A stretch of 64,000 nucleotides of DNA from Pseudogymnoascus verrucosus (Eukaryota), in the NCBI GenBank assembly GCA_001662655.1, contig KV460278.1; one strand, given 5' to 3'. A program made the position numbers and the translations under genes. Of this stretch, positions 1 through 13,602 are shown one piece after another. How positions within the stretch are numbered: the stretch's first letter is position 1; every line of letters starts with the position of its first letter. The notes below the pieces were generated by a model. It made no database searches. It was not told the origin of the DNA and saw only the letters and a list, made by a program, of their open reading frames with translations.

Positions 1-224
1 TNGTTTATCTATTTGCTTACATGTAACACTCTCGTCACGTGCGTTGCTACTCTAATAATTTACATACACGTGTTCTAAGTTAGCATGTGTTTATTCGTTT
101 ACATGTAACAATTAGTTACTATGTGCATTACTACCCTAATAAGTATAAAGTAGCAATTTATATACTATTAACATAGTTAGATTGCAATTTAGCTTTTATT
201 ATCACATTAATTAGTTAGCTAAGG
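1..224. repeat. AT-rich, TpA-rich degenerate sequence, probably a RIP-mutated repeat at a contig edge
   Basis: Much more AT/TpA-rich than the genic DNA; no ORF; an N at position 2; TTACATGTAACA occurs twice (about 17-28 and 99-110). Confidence 0.5.
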
Positions 225-225
225 A

Positions 226-293
226 TACAGATAGGGAGACAAATACTACTAGTTTAAATTAGTAAATTAGTAGTATTTGTCTCCCTATCTGTA
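226..293. mobile_element. Miniature inverted-repeat element (MITE or internally deleted Tc1/mariner relic) with TA target-site duplication
   Basis: 225-251 (atacagatagggagacaaatactacta) is the exact reverse complement of 268-294, with a 16-nt spacer. The structure reads TA-CAG...CTG-TA. Confidence 0.7.
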
Positions 294-638
294 TTAGTCC
301 TCGGTCATGTACTAGTACAGTATAGCCCCTCTTGAGACATTTAGGAAGCAGAAGTATATTAACTAGCATTTCAATTATTATCATGTATAGCTGTTCCGAC
401 TGTTTAATTTTAAACATGCACCATATGTATGTATATTCGTAGCAGCTATCTATATTTGAAGCTTTAGAATTCGCCCCAGGAAGGAAAGCAACGCATCGAG
501 GGTATAGTACGGTGATATATATTATCGATCAGTTTCCGTGGTCATGGTTCTCATACTATCATTCATCATTTTAAATGTATTTTCCCTCACTAGAACTGGT
601 CGGGGAGGATAAAAGATTTAGTCCAGTGGTTCTGAGTG

Positions 639-3600
639 TTATGTGATAATGAGCTTTGGTGCCACGAGTGTTAGCATGGATCCATTAAAGAAGTATGAAG
701 TGTTGCTTACTTCGATGAGCTTGTCAGTTAAAACCGTGCAATGCCCGTCTCGTTCAGCTGAGCTGTGAAATGTAGAAGACACCCATAGCCCACCGAAGCC
801 GATGTCTTCAAGAACGTCTTCCAAGAGCTGGGCAGTGTCAACAGTGTCGGACAGTTTGGGGTTTCTAGTTAAGGTTCGCAAAAGCATCTGTGCCGACTTG
901 AGAGTCACAGAATTCTGGCTTGATAACAGCACTTCATCCAGGATGCTGAGGATAGGACAGGAACTACCGTGGGTTAGCAAATGAGCGAAAATGAAGTAGG
1001 GAAAGAAGGATAAAGCAGAGGCAAAATGAACTTACAGATGGAGTATTACAGTGGGCCTGGTAATAGCAACCTTGTTCATCCAAACCAATCCCCGATTCTG
1101 AACACTATCTTCTAGATAGCGAAAGTCAACAAGGTTTATAGCCGTGTTCAACAGCAGTTCCTTATCCTTGATGGTATCTAGGTTTATCATGGCCAGGACG
1201 TCTTCCGGGGTGCTGCTCTTGTCCCCGTTGATCCCCGCAAGCCAAAGGTTACCCTTCGCTTCCTCCGTAGTTAGGGCTCGGGACATGACCAATCCTAGGT
1301 ATGGAAGACAGCTCAAATCATCTGGAAATTTGCGCCCCCCTGATGCGCTAGAGCTAGCGATTTCAAGGAACGTAGAGAGGACTTTGACAGTCGTAGCCTT
1401 CGTCACAGTATCAGTAAGGCCTTTAACCAATGACGCACAGACTGCGAAATGGAAGTTGTCGATGTTGAAATGTATCCCATAGCTTTCATCGAGTTGCGAA
1501 GCTGAATCCTCTAGAGCCAACCGTCCCTGTAGTAGCACAGGTACCATACGGCCGCCTTTCAAATCTCCCGATGTATTGATGTTTATGAGGACGGCCTCTA
1601 AAAAGGACGCGGCGCAAGAAAACAAATTGAGAGGGACAAGCCTCACGAGTGCCATAGCCAACCAAAAAAGCTGTAGCCCATAGCGCGACGTTGTGGGGAG
1701 TTTCTCCATCATCTTTGTGAGCGAGGTAACAATAGAGACGAGCATCTCATTATCGTTTTCATCAGCAAAGCGGTTTACGCTCTTCCTGAGAGCAACTAAT
1801 ACTTGATAAAGAAGATCGTCATCCACATCTTCACGTGCCAAGCAGCCCATGACAGCAAATGCCCTGGGTTGTATGGCTGGGTTACTTTGGAATGCTGTAC
1901 TGGCGACAAGACTCATCCACCGTGAACGCCAGGCGTTTGAAAGATCAACCGACGACGCTGCAAGGCTGCTTACTTCCGAAAGGAGTACTGCGAGTGCCTC
2001 TGTTGAGCTCAATATTTGCCATGTTGGATCCTGAGCGTGCGAAATTGTCGTGCCTTCTCGAGTTACTCCGCTGAGATTTGCCTGTTGGCTAGTATTTGGA
2101 TCGGAGAGTGACGCTAGAATCACTTTAAGCCGCACGAGCTTACTTTCGTCCGTCGAAAAGCAAGTGCACAATATGTGAACTGTATTTACCAAAAGACCAT
2201 GGACCACAAGCCTGATTTGTGCCGGGCCAGTGTTCGCCAGCATGGTGATGATATGAGATATCTCAGGGAGATAGAGGTGCGCCTGCACACCACTATTAAA
2301 CGAGGCTGCTAAGCAGAGTCGCAATAGTATGCATATCTCGTCCCAGACTGAATTATCGGGCAATAGCCTCGTAGGTCGGAGAGAAGTCCGATTGAGTGCC
2401 TTTCGTAACCTGCTGATCAATTTGCCCCTAACGGTCACAACCTGGAGGGATGCAATAATTGAGCCAAGGCGTGAAATACGGCTCTCGTTGTTACTGGATG
2501 TTAATGCGCTCTTTATAATTTCATCCACTAAAATATCAGTTAGGACTTCGTCCTCGCAGATAACAGGCCATATTATCTGTTCCAAGGTTATGCAGAGGGT
2601 GGAGTCGGGTACGGCAACATCTATCAGTTTCCTGAAGATAGAAGCTATTCGCTCTCTCGCTTTCTCGCCGTCAATTTCAACTGCTAGAACCTGGCTTCTC
2701 AGACCCGACAACCAAGGTGATAGATATGCCAAACTCAATGGCCTCTGCTGTAAGGGGAAGCTCTCCCAGCCAACAAAAAACTCATTCATAAAGTCTGCTG
2801 TGAGTTGAGGCTCAGAAGCGGCAAGTTGTCTGCTCACGGTGACAATGAAATGGGATGCACTTGGCGGTATGGATAATTCTGGGAATGTTAGATAGAAGCA
2901 CATGTGAAATATGGAAATTAGATGGCCGTCTTACCTTTGGAGGCCATAAAACTCGAGTTCACGCCAAATTTGAAAGTTTGGCAGAGCGCACAGAGAAGGT
3001 TGTATGCTGCTATGCGAAGATTCTGATCGAGACTTGCCAAGTTTGTGAATGAGATGTTGAGGAGAGTCCCTGGAATATCTTGTGGCCGGATAAGTCGTTC
3101 AAATGGCTGGCTGGGCTTTGAATCCTTGGAGTATTTGATTTTGGCACCTCGAATAGCTTGGAGAACATCTGACTTCCTCGGGCTTGTAAAATACATGACG
3201 ATCTTGCCGCTGTCTGCGCGAAGCCCAAAGGCAGAGTCATCTTCGGTTTGTATTGATGTCGGAGCTTCATCAACTTCTGTTAGACGAAATATGTCATTTA
3301 CGGTGGCATGAAGCCTAAGGCCAGGAACAATCTCCTGTTTCTTGGTCGTTGTTACTTGCACGAACTGGCTACCCACTTGTATCATAACCTCGATTTTGCC
3401 CTTTGTCTTTGAAAGCCTCGTTACGGGTTGGAAGACAAATCTTGTGTCGGTGACTACGCTGATGGTTTCCTTTGGTAAGTGGAGTTGACTGAGATGAAAG
3501 TGTGTTTGAAGATCTTGCAGACTGCCAATAAGATGGTAGTCCACGTTTTTAGGGTGGAATGCGCTATTCTCATTCTTTGCAGACAAGCGCAGTATGCGGC

Positions 3601-6600
3601 GGAAACATTTCCTGACAAATTAGCGTCACGCGGCCATAAAAAGGATTGACGATATGTGGCTCTTACCTGAACGCACTGTTCATATTATACACATAAACGC
3701 ATGACAAGTTCTTCGATAGTTCTGTGGGTGTAAGAAGATCTAGTTTCTTGAATAACGCATCTTGAGGCTCGTTTTGCCCGGTATAGCATGTTGCATCAAT
3801 CATTATCCCAAAGGGTCGGTGCCACATGCGGCTAGCAATCTGTTGGTCGTGTAAGCTCTCAGGACCTAAAAAAATATCCTTAGTTGATGGAGATGGCCAG
3901 AATCATACCTTCAGGTAACAGTAGACTAATAGATCGTAATCATTGGTTTCGGCGTCAATGTTTCTCAAAATTATGCATATCATTGATAGGCCGTCCTGAG
4001 CACAAATCAGTACTGGAGGCGCGTGGGAAAGGACACTCCTACCTTGCTCTCGCCACCATCGTATACGGTCCGAGTTGAAATGGCAGACTCGGTGCTTCGT
4101 CCTGCATGGCTCAACATGAAATGCTGAAACCTCGAGTATGAGGGAGGGCTGTTCATAGAAATCATTGGTCGATTCCACGAGATATCCATCGGTGGTGGAC
4201 CGAGGTTGCTGATGAGATTCCGCAGTGCCTCTGTGACTGGGAGACGACCCAGCGTGATTTCGTGGGGAGAATGAAGGGAATCCTTGCGTTGCTGGGCTAC
4301 TAGCTTTTGCCGTACATGGTCCCAGTGGTCGTAGAAAAACCTGTGGAGAGCTACACAGGACCCAAAATCGAATGATTCCATTTCGATACCAGTAGTTTCT
4401 ACATGAGGGGCCACCTAATGTGTGTCAGTTAGATATATTACCCAATAATATAGAGTAGCACTCACCGATATCGTCCGGAGGAAGGCTGTCACCTCATATA
4501 TGTTTTGAGTGAGAAAATCGTTCAGGGGAAACATGTATGACTCTTTGGCGCCAAATAATACATTATTTGCGAGGTTTTGAATAATTTTGGCAATAAGAAG
4601 CAGTCCACGACGCATTTCTTTCGATGGCGCTGTACTAATCAACCCCTCGACGTCCGGGGCGACAATGGCTGGGCAAAAGAAGCGCAAGAAAATGAATGCG
4701 CCCACAGCAGTAAACTTTGCATCTGGAAAACGTGTCATGACAGACGAAGATATCTAAGGCCGTTTATTAGCAACTGGCAACATTCAATATGGATTGGAGA
4801 TAATCACAATACTGCAGATATTCCTGAAAGAAATGGGAATATTTGGGGCCGAGCTGCATATATCGTCAATGAAAACCTTGGCGACGACTCTTAACTGGAG
4901 AGTATTGCGCTGCAACTCTTCGGGGGAACTCGTTCTGGAAGGGTCAAGCTCTAGATCAAGGTCTTGAGCTGTGACGATGAGGCGTTCCAGAACCTTTTGC
5001 AACGTCGATTTTAAATACGATGAACCTTTCCAACGTGCGTAAACAGATAGCATCTTCGTGGTGACACAATTTCTTCTGAGTAGTTCGGCCTCATTTTCTA
5101 TAGCGATTTAGCATTCACACATATTCGATTTATGAAGGGGCACCCTACCTGTATTATCAACCTCGTGCTTGATCAGCTCTTCTAGAAGAATAAATCCCAA
5201 CCCCCTGGAGTCGAAAATATTCAAAAGTGACATGGTCAACTCGTCCACTTCGTTACTAGGACAGGCGTCGCAGAGAGCAATAGTTAAAGTCATGTCATTG
5301 ACCAGAACCTGTCACGATTTTAGCATGTTGCAAATTACGCAGTGGATTATACTTACTTCAACTAACTCGTCATATTTCTCTCCAACAGCAACATCTGAGA
5401 GATTATTGAACTCTGTGCCTTGAGCTAGAACATTGCAAAGTACGGTTACGAACGCGGTTCTGATCTCTAGATCTTCGTGATACCCTATGCCGAGGGAGTG
5501 CTTGAGACCTACGTCAATGTTTGCGCCTAAAAGATTTGATAGTGCGATAATGGCCAGCTCGCGAATGGACAGGGAGTCCTCCTTGGCCGACAAATTTGAT
5601 GCGACATCATTTTTGCCCTGATCGGTGGGCTCAAAACTCAGTAGGGATAGAAACCTATTGAAATATGTATGAAACATCTCGGATTTTAAATCACTCGTAT
5701 CGGCATCAGTTTGTCCATCAGGAGGCTGAAGAGGGAGCCGAAACGTCAGATCCGACAGAGCCTTCAAACAGGCCCTGTCTAGATCTCTCTGAAGTTTCAA
5801 AGCGTCATCTCGATGGATGCCGTCGACCATAGCGGAATTATCGGCCTTTGGAGAACCCGGCCGAGCAATCCATCCAAACATTATCTCTAGAAGTTGATTC
5901 CTAATCCGAACATCATGTCGCAAATTAAGCAGCTCTTTTTTGCGGGTTACAACCTCGCATAACTGGCACACTTTAATCTTGATTCTCAGGGTATGGAGCC
6001 CTTCGCTCACACTGTTGAGAAACCTGGCGAAGTTTAGGGTTAAAGCACCTATGTCAACAGAGAGGGCGGCGCCCATATCAGCGGGACTGCCGAGCCTCTC
6101 TATAATCGTCTTCAATAGCGCTGCTGCCTGCTCAGCGAATGCTATTCTGGAGTCAGAAAAACGGTTTGCCGTATCGATTGGTCCATCGAACAGCGTCTCG
6201 AGCTCAGATTCAAGGGTTTTGAACAAGGGGAGGTATAACGAAGGAGATATCTCTGTTGACAATACCTCCCTCATAGCTTCGCGGATACGAGCATTGTTAC
6301 ATGCCAAAAGCTGAACACTTTGCGTCATGTACCTATCCAATAAGGTATTATCATAGCTGTCTTGTGAGGGTCGGTCGATCCACTTTAGACCTGCGAGACC
6401 GGACTCTTCAATCACCGAGGAGGTCTGCTTTGAAATACACAACGCGGCTAAGGAAGCAAGGAAGCCAGAGCAATTGCGCCACTCGACTAAAGATCTTTCG
6501 TCAAGGGTTTCGTCTTGTCTGTGCGTAGATGCCCGCTTGGATAAGTCGTACCACCTGCCGAAAACAATCTCCCACGCGCTTAAAACTGCAGCGCTGGGAT

Positions 6601-9193
6601 GCTTCATTTGCCGTAAAAGGGAGCGTAATCGTTTCTGAAATGCAACAAGCCCAGTGAAGTGAAAATCCCGAGAGGATAAATCCTGGTATACTTCAATGTT
6701 TCTCATGATAGTTGATGGGGACTTCGAGGAGTCGTAGGCTGCATCAACCATCTGCGTCTCTTCGCAAAGAAGCCCCACACAAACTGTCACAATCTGGCAA
6801 ATCTCAATATCTGCAGAGCAAAGACGTACTAAGAAGTATGTCTCAAGCTTCGACAATGATGCTAGGCGCTGGGGGGTTTCAGCTTGAGATATTAAGTCAT
6901 CCTTTAAGAATCAATTAGCAGACTCAAGTTGGCACTTTGAAATTTTTACAAACCTTTGCGGACCTGATTAACTCCACCCTAGATTCAACAAAATCATGTA
7001 TAAAAGACAAAACCGAGTCTCCTCGTCTACCCAACTTGGCTGCATGTTCTAGGACATTGAGAAGGACTGCTGATCTGAGGGTATAGTTAGTTATGGATAA
7101 AAACACGACAAAAACCTACTTACGTTGACCTCCAAAAATTCGCAGGAAAAAATCCCGAGTCTTTGCTTGCTCCTTTATGCAGCAGGAAGACGGACCCATT
7201 CCTCAACAGCTTTCTGGTCACAGAACCGGCCATACGCCTGACTTTAGGATCTTCGTCCACAAGACAACCGACAAGAATAGCAAAGTTTTCCTGGAAAAAT
7301 ACTTCGTAGTCAACGGGGTTTGAGGGCGCCCCGCCAAAAAGCGTTAGTGGGAGAACGTTGAGGAAATCCAAGCATCGATATGTCATTTCCGCAATACTTG
7401 AGCTTGATTTTGGAGCTCCATAGGGCTCATGAGAATGATCCTTATCTGATTAGCAGGTGCTGTTTCGAACCCGGAGCTCTAGTTACCTTGAGATGATCCC
7501 TAATAAGACCTGTAATTTTCTCAAATAGCTCTGTATATAAATGCGCGTTCGGTAGTTTTGCTAGGTTAGAACAAGCCGACACAAATGCCAGTTTGAAATC
7601 GTTTGGCGCGTTTGAAGAAAGGCATTGCGGAGCAATATTTTCATTGCAAGATTCGAAGTTGAGGTGGGTGAGGCTCACAAAGGCAGCGGTCATGAGGCCG
7701 TCGTCAAAAATGGCCCCTTCGCTCCCAACTATGTTCTTTCTGAATAGAGCATCTCGCACCTCCTCCTGCACGTCTAACGCATAGCTAAGAAGTGCCGAGT
7801 CGTTACCCTCGAGGCTAAAATGTCTCGCGATTCGGAGCAATGATATGAGGCAATAAGCCGCAGCAGGGTTTTTATTGCGCAGAGCTTTTCGAAGGCTCTC
7901 TAAAAAGGACACCTTTTTGAATATCCCGCTACTGGCTTTGGGCAAACTGCCATTTTCGAGATATCTGCCTGTAGATGGCATGCTTGTTGCGACCTCGAAG
8001 ACATCCGGAATTAGAAATAAAAGAAAAATTTGAAATGGGTAAAGGACGGCTTTCCACCTATTGCTATCAACCATTCCATTTGCAATATCAAAGAGGCGGT
8101 CAACCCCGTCAATTTTGCTATGCGAATTATGCATCAGTACAAAATCATCGGGGTTTTGCTCTACCCATCTCAGAATCAAGATGGGCAATGCAAGCCCCAG
8201 TGTACTTTGGAATGTTTTCCGCAAGTGAAAGAAACAACTGCATAATTCCGACAGAACTAAGCTGAGTTTCCGCTTGTCCACCCAAATGAATGCCACTATG
8301 CGCAGTGTAGCTAAGGCATTCCTGTCGTCATCCAGGACGGGGGCTGCCTGGGTGCCATTTCCTTGCAGAGGGAATACAACTTGGAGTAACCGAAATGAGG
8401 TTTTCAAATGTTCAAAAAATAGATCCCAGTTGGAGGCCGACAAGAACTCTATGATAGTCCTTGCATGGGCTTCAATGTCTTGCAATGTCCCATCCGTGGA
8501 ATAAAGACCTGGTCCTTTCCCAAAAGAATTATTTTCCGGATCCGAATTGTCTAGGCGACACGGTATGTTTTGTGCAAGTCTGCAATTGCTGTACTCTAGA
8601 ATAGTAGATGCGGGCAAGGTGTATTGTTCGGGATAAGGAGCTAAAAAAATCTTGACCGCTTCAAGAACCCTTCCCGCGAGGATATCATCTAATGCTTTTG
8701 GCAAGACTAGGCGTCTGGTGGCGGACTCCTGGGCTGACTCTTCCTCATCCGTGCCACTGTGACTGTCCACACGCCCACTGCGAGAGATAGAGTGCTGATC
8801 GGCATTCTTTGGTTGATAATTCGGTACTCGATTCACGGCATCCCAGTGCGCTGAAAAGCAGTCTGCGAGGATATGGATAATGTACAGCTCGGAGTTAACG
8901 ACGTGTGGGGGGTGTGTATCGAGGTCTTTGTACTGGGCTGTCAACTCCTCTAAGAGTAACACAAGAGATTCCGCAACTGTGCTGAGATATGTGCTGCTAA
9001 CTTCTATCAGTGTTGCTCTTGTGAGACTAACTAGGTCGTCGCTCCGTAGGTCTCGAAAGCTGGATCCAGTCCTATGGGGGAGCTGTTCCGTTCAGTTAGC
9101 AATTGTGGATTTCGATGAGGGGGGCAACGGTACACGAGTAGCCAGGCGATCCACCAACGAAGCAACCAGGTTTAGGTCGCCATTCGCAGCCAT
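639..9193 (-). CDS. IRA2: Neurofibromin / Ira1-Ira2-type Ras GTPase-activating protein (multi-exon)
   Basis: Starts MAANGDLNLVASLVDRLATR at 9193. ORF pieces join through canonical GT-AG introns. RasGAP motifs ELLRRN and FIFLRFFCPAIV..LIAKIIQNLAN are followed by a Sec14-like region (YVYNMNSAFR), a PH-like region and the NF1 C-terminal motif NPAIQPRAFAVMGCL. Confidence 0.93.
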
Positions 9194-9727
9194 GAGGAGC
9201 TCTGTCGTCCGGATAGTACAGCTCGTGGCCTTTGAAGAGGCAGACGGTATGTTCCGTCTTTACATCTGTAACAAGGCGCGTACAACGAGTTGCAGGCGCG
9301 CAACATTAATCATCAATTCGACCAGACCGGCGAACTTCTATGAGCAGCGTGCCTATAGGCTTTCGGGATTGTAGTTACTTAGATGTCTGGTTTCCCTAGG
9401 CGTGGAATATAATATATTTGTAGGTTCAAGGTGTATGGATGGCGTTGTAGACGCTGTCCCGTTGGGTAGAGCTAAACGCTCGGTTCTCGGGACCTATCTG
9501 GGGTCCATTTAGTAGAACCCTGCAGGAGCTAGACATGGATACTTTTCAATATGGCACTCTTCAAAATGGGGTTATGTGACATGATATCTCCAATTATCAG
9601 CATTTCCATTTTTTATTTTCAAAAAGGCGCAGTTATGGAGTCATATTTGCTTCGGAACAGTGAACATAGTTTCAAATATCGTATAATTTTTACAAGTGAT
9701 TCGCTACTCTAGCAATATCGATATGAT

Positions 9728-12700
9728 CTAATAACGGTAATTATCTCTTGGTCGACCGCCTCCAGCATTGCCATGACTGCCATTTGAACGGTTGTTATCA
9801 TACTGTGGGTAATTCGGTGCCGCTGAATAGTGTGAGCCGTACTGAGCGTTTGGTGGACCTCCCTGCGGCGCGCGACCTGGAGGGTATGGAACTTGCATCC
9901 CAGGTGGAGGTGGAGGCGGGTTACGGGCGAAGCCACCGACACCAGGTGGAGGCGGTTGCCAGCCTTGCGGTGGGGCGGGGTACTGGTTGTAAGCGGGCTG
10001 GTTACCATAGGCCTGTCGCGATGAAGATTGCTGTCTAGGATACGGGTTCGACGATTGATTCCCGTAGTTCTGAGATCCTCCCCCACGGCCCCTGCCGCCA
10101 TATTGACCCCTTTGCGAATAACCACCGGGATTTCGTCCTGCGTTTGCCGCACGGCCCTTCGTAGCTTGGATGTCATCTTGGTTGAGGGCGGGGGTCGAAA
10201 ACTTTACGCCTCGTAACAGCATTGACTTGTGGACATGTGTTGATCGTGGCATTTCATAATGGACGCTGATAATCATGTTAGACGCCGTATTTGGATAGTG
10301 GGGAGAATATGATACAACTTACCTGATTGACCGGTCTTCATCGAGACTTGGCATGCTATCTCCATCCAGCGGATATGTCAGCGAACCATGGGGAAGGTAG
10401 ACATCATTCTTTTCGACCTTTCCAGCCAGGCCGTCACTAATGCGAGGGTTCAGTTGGTACTGAGGAGAGCCTTGTTTCTTGGAGTAGAAATGGGTAGCAA
10501 TGTCATCGTAGAGGCTTTGATGGGCCTCGGACACAAGCAACACATCATTTCCTAGCGTATTTCGAGCTGCTTCTTCCGGTGGTAGTAAAGGATACCTCTG
10601 CTCCATCGCGGCCAGAAGCCTCTTCGCATCTATGAAAGGCAATAGAGCAACGCCTTGCCAGGCGAATTTCTTGCCGTTAAGGTCAATCGGAAATTCCGGA
10701 GGATAAAATTCGATTATTTCACTGTCTTCGTTTGTCATCAAGTCATGGAAGACATCTGGTATAGTGTGTCGGGATGCTGCAGGCATGACACCCATCAGCT
10801 GTTCAAATGGTTTGAATATTCGGCCTTTTTCAAAGCTGATCTTCATATCAGCCAATCCAACGAAGTCCGCCGCGAATGGTGCGTAGTGATATGGATAATA
10901 CCACTCCCAGGATGGGCAACCCTGAAAATAATATAATAATACCCACGCCAAACCTTCGACGTAAGCTTTTGCAACTTTGTGGCGAAACTCTGTGTCTCTC
11001 GGATCAACTTTGAACTTCTGTTCGTAGTAACGGTCGGCATAACCATCTTCCCACAAGCGAACATTGTCGACTGCAGCCTCATCAACGGGGGCACTTGGTG
11101 TAACCGGCTCCGACGTGTCTGTCACAGGCGTGTTTGACCCGTCATCTTCGATCAGATCCGCCTTTCTCTTCCCTAGAGCTGAGATGGGCGACCCTGATAA
11201 GATGTTATTCTCGAAAGAGGTTGCAACAGTCTCAATAACTGGTGGGGTCGAAGTAGTATCATCCACTGGTCCCTTTACCCCAGTTAACTGGCTCTTCAGA
11301 GCAGCCGCTGCACTCTTATTAGCTACATTCGCCTTGTCTATCGCTCCGCGATTGACGACCATTTCGTGCGTGATAGAACGAGCCTCCTTGGAAATGCTGG
11401 AGGTGACATTTCCGGGAACTATAAGCGGGAAATCGATCGGAGCATTCGAGGGTCTACCATTGAATCTCCCTTTGTTTAGAGTATCATTTCTGCCACCACG
11501 CCCATTATTTTCCTCCTGAAGTTTTCGTCGCTTAGCATTGGCATCTCGACGCTCTTCTGTCTGGCGTCTGCGGCGAAAAATTGCGTCCTCCTGTTTAGCT
11601 AGCCCATCCATAATGAATTGTGCCCGCTCCAGGTCAACATGGCCATCTTTTGTCACATAGCCTCCCATGTGAGGGATATTGTCACGCCAAATGGCCATCA
11701 GGGTATCGATACCGTTCTCGCGAATTTCGAGACTTGGCAGGTGAGGCAAGAAATCGTTTCCGACGAAAAAGCACATGAATACCCAGTCATCGATGGCTCT
11801 CTCCAAGTCAAATCGAAAGGGTTGGTTAGGGACGTAAAGTTCAGCTTCAAGATACTCTCGTAGTACTGATACATGTAGCCAAATGAAAGGCTTCAATGGT
11901 TGAACTGAGTCTTTCTCGTCAAACTCTCCGTCCTTTTCCTTTGCCTGGCCCCGACATTCCCTTGCTTCGTGTCCTTTCTGGTTGCACAACCTACAGGTTC
12001 GAGCCTTGGAGTCTTGGAAAAATACATCTTCGCGCAGGACACGAAAGTGTGGCTCATGCGTAGCCAATCCCAACATAATAAGATCGGCATCCAAACCGTA
12101 TATTACGTGTCTTGTATTCGGATCATGGTCCGGGGAAGATCTTTGGGATCGTATGAACTGCATAATCTTGTGCTCTCCTTCCCCAGGCACGGTGGCATCT
12201 GATAGGATAACCTTAACCTTTGCCCACGCAGGGTCTGTGTTAAGTTTATAGGCTGTCCAATAGCGTAGACTTGCCGCAAGAATATCCATGAATGGCGTTC
12301 CTGGCGTAATGGCGTTGGAATCCCAGGTTTTTGTGACCATCGCCTCAGACGTAGATTCTTCGACTTGGCCTCCTGCTTGAGACCTCAGCATTTTCAATAG
12401 TTCCGCTTTGTCTTCATCCTTCTCTTTGGCTTCTTGTGCTGATCGGAAACGTCTCGAACGTTGTTGGTTCATCTTTGCTCGTGGGGCAACGCCATCTGCG
12501 GTCTGTTAGCAAACTACAAGGATGAAGCCTGTTGTGGCAAGTAACATACCAACGGCTATCATTAGTAGCTTTCGAGGTCGAACCATGTTGAACACTCGTT
12601 CGGTGTACTTGAAAATCTCAAGCATCATCTCCTCCTCGTTGGCTGGAGGAGGCCGATCCTCGGGATGCGAGCATGGATGAACGATTCCATTCATGTCAAG

Positions 12701-12856
12701 ATAGAGGTTGTCGAACTCTTCTCCATTTGGATTCGGCTGAGTAGCATCAACCGGTATCGCGACGTTGTCGACATCTTTTGGGTGGTCCTCAATGACAGGA
12801 GATAGAATCTTGGGATATTTTGTGGAAAGCCACTTGAAAGCTGCTGGGATACCCAT
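9728..12856 (-). CDS. RAT1: 5'-3' exoribonuclease 2 (Rat1/Dhp1/Xrn2), 3 exons
   Basis: Motifs [47 protein letters not shown] and [13 protein letters not shown] knuckle [18 protein letters not shown]-rich tail. Confidence 0.96.
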
Positions 12857-13001
12857 TTCCCCGAAAGTTCACCGTTGTTGATGAAGTGGCAGAACTAGAG
12901 TGCTGTTGCGACTCCAAAGTCCTTGATATTTTTTATCGGTCTACGAGTCGCGTCAAACAATGCGACAAGTCTGGGCCGCTTGTCGATAAGAAAACGATAT
13001 C

Positions 13002-13011
13002 ATCACGTGAC
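13002..13011. promoter_or_regulatory. Extended E-box ATCACGTGAC in the divergent RAT1/USO1 promoter
   Basis: Matches the bHLH (Cbf1/SREBP-type) consensus. The same 10-mer occurs in reverse at 25127-25136. Confidence 0.4.
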
Positions 13012-13602
13012 CGATTTTGAGAGCCTCATGAACAACGATTTTGAAAACTACAAACCACAGGCGAGAGATATATGAGTTTATTGCTTAGTAAATATTGGAT
13101 TATTATTATTTAGCACATGCTATAAGTGTATATAAATTAGGACCGATGTTTGCTTATTGCAACATCTACCATTTTGGAACCTTACTCTTTACAGCCAAAC
13201 TACCAAGGTACGCGAATACAAGACAGGCACCGCCAATTTTGGCGTGTGCTATACAGCTCATTACGACAGGTCTCCTCAATAGCTCATTAATTTTGGATTC
13301 CTACCGTAACGTATCGCCAACCAAAAATCACATTGGATCATCCTGTTAGTCTCTGGAGGCCTTTCTGTATGGAGTCTAACTTTCATTCCATTTCATTTCT
13401 CGAACGTAGGCAACAAGAGACTAATAGATCTACAGTTTCTATTGTAGTTTTCAGGTCATTCGACAGCTATCTTCGTGGCCACCCTGGTGTCTTCACACCG
13501 CCTACGAGCCGCTATTCCTGACCTTGCCTGCATCGAGATGCCATACGAAATATAACATTGAATTGAACCCAATGGCCGTTTTGAAGAAGTTATAAAGAAG
13601 AA

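Noticed and set aside
639..9193. Fragmented ORFs suggesting a pseudogene or several genes
   Set aside because: Every break is explained by a canonical intron that restores the frame.
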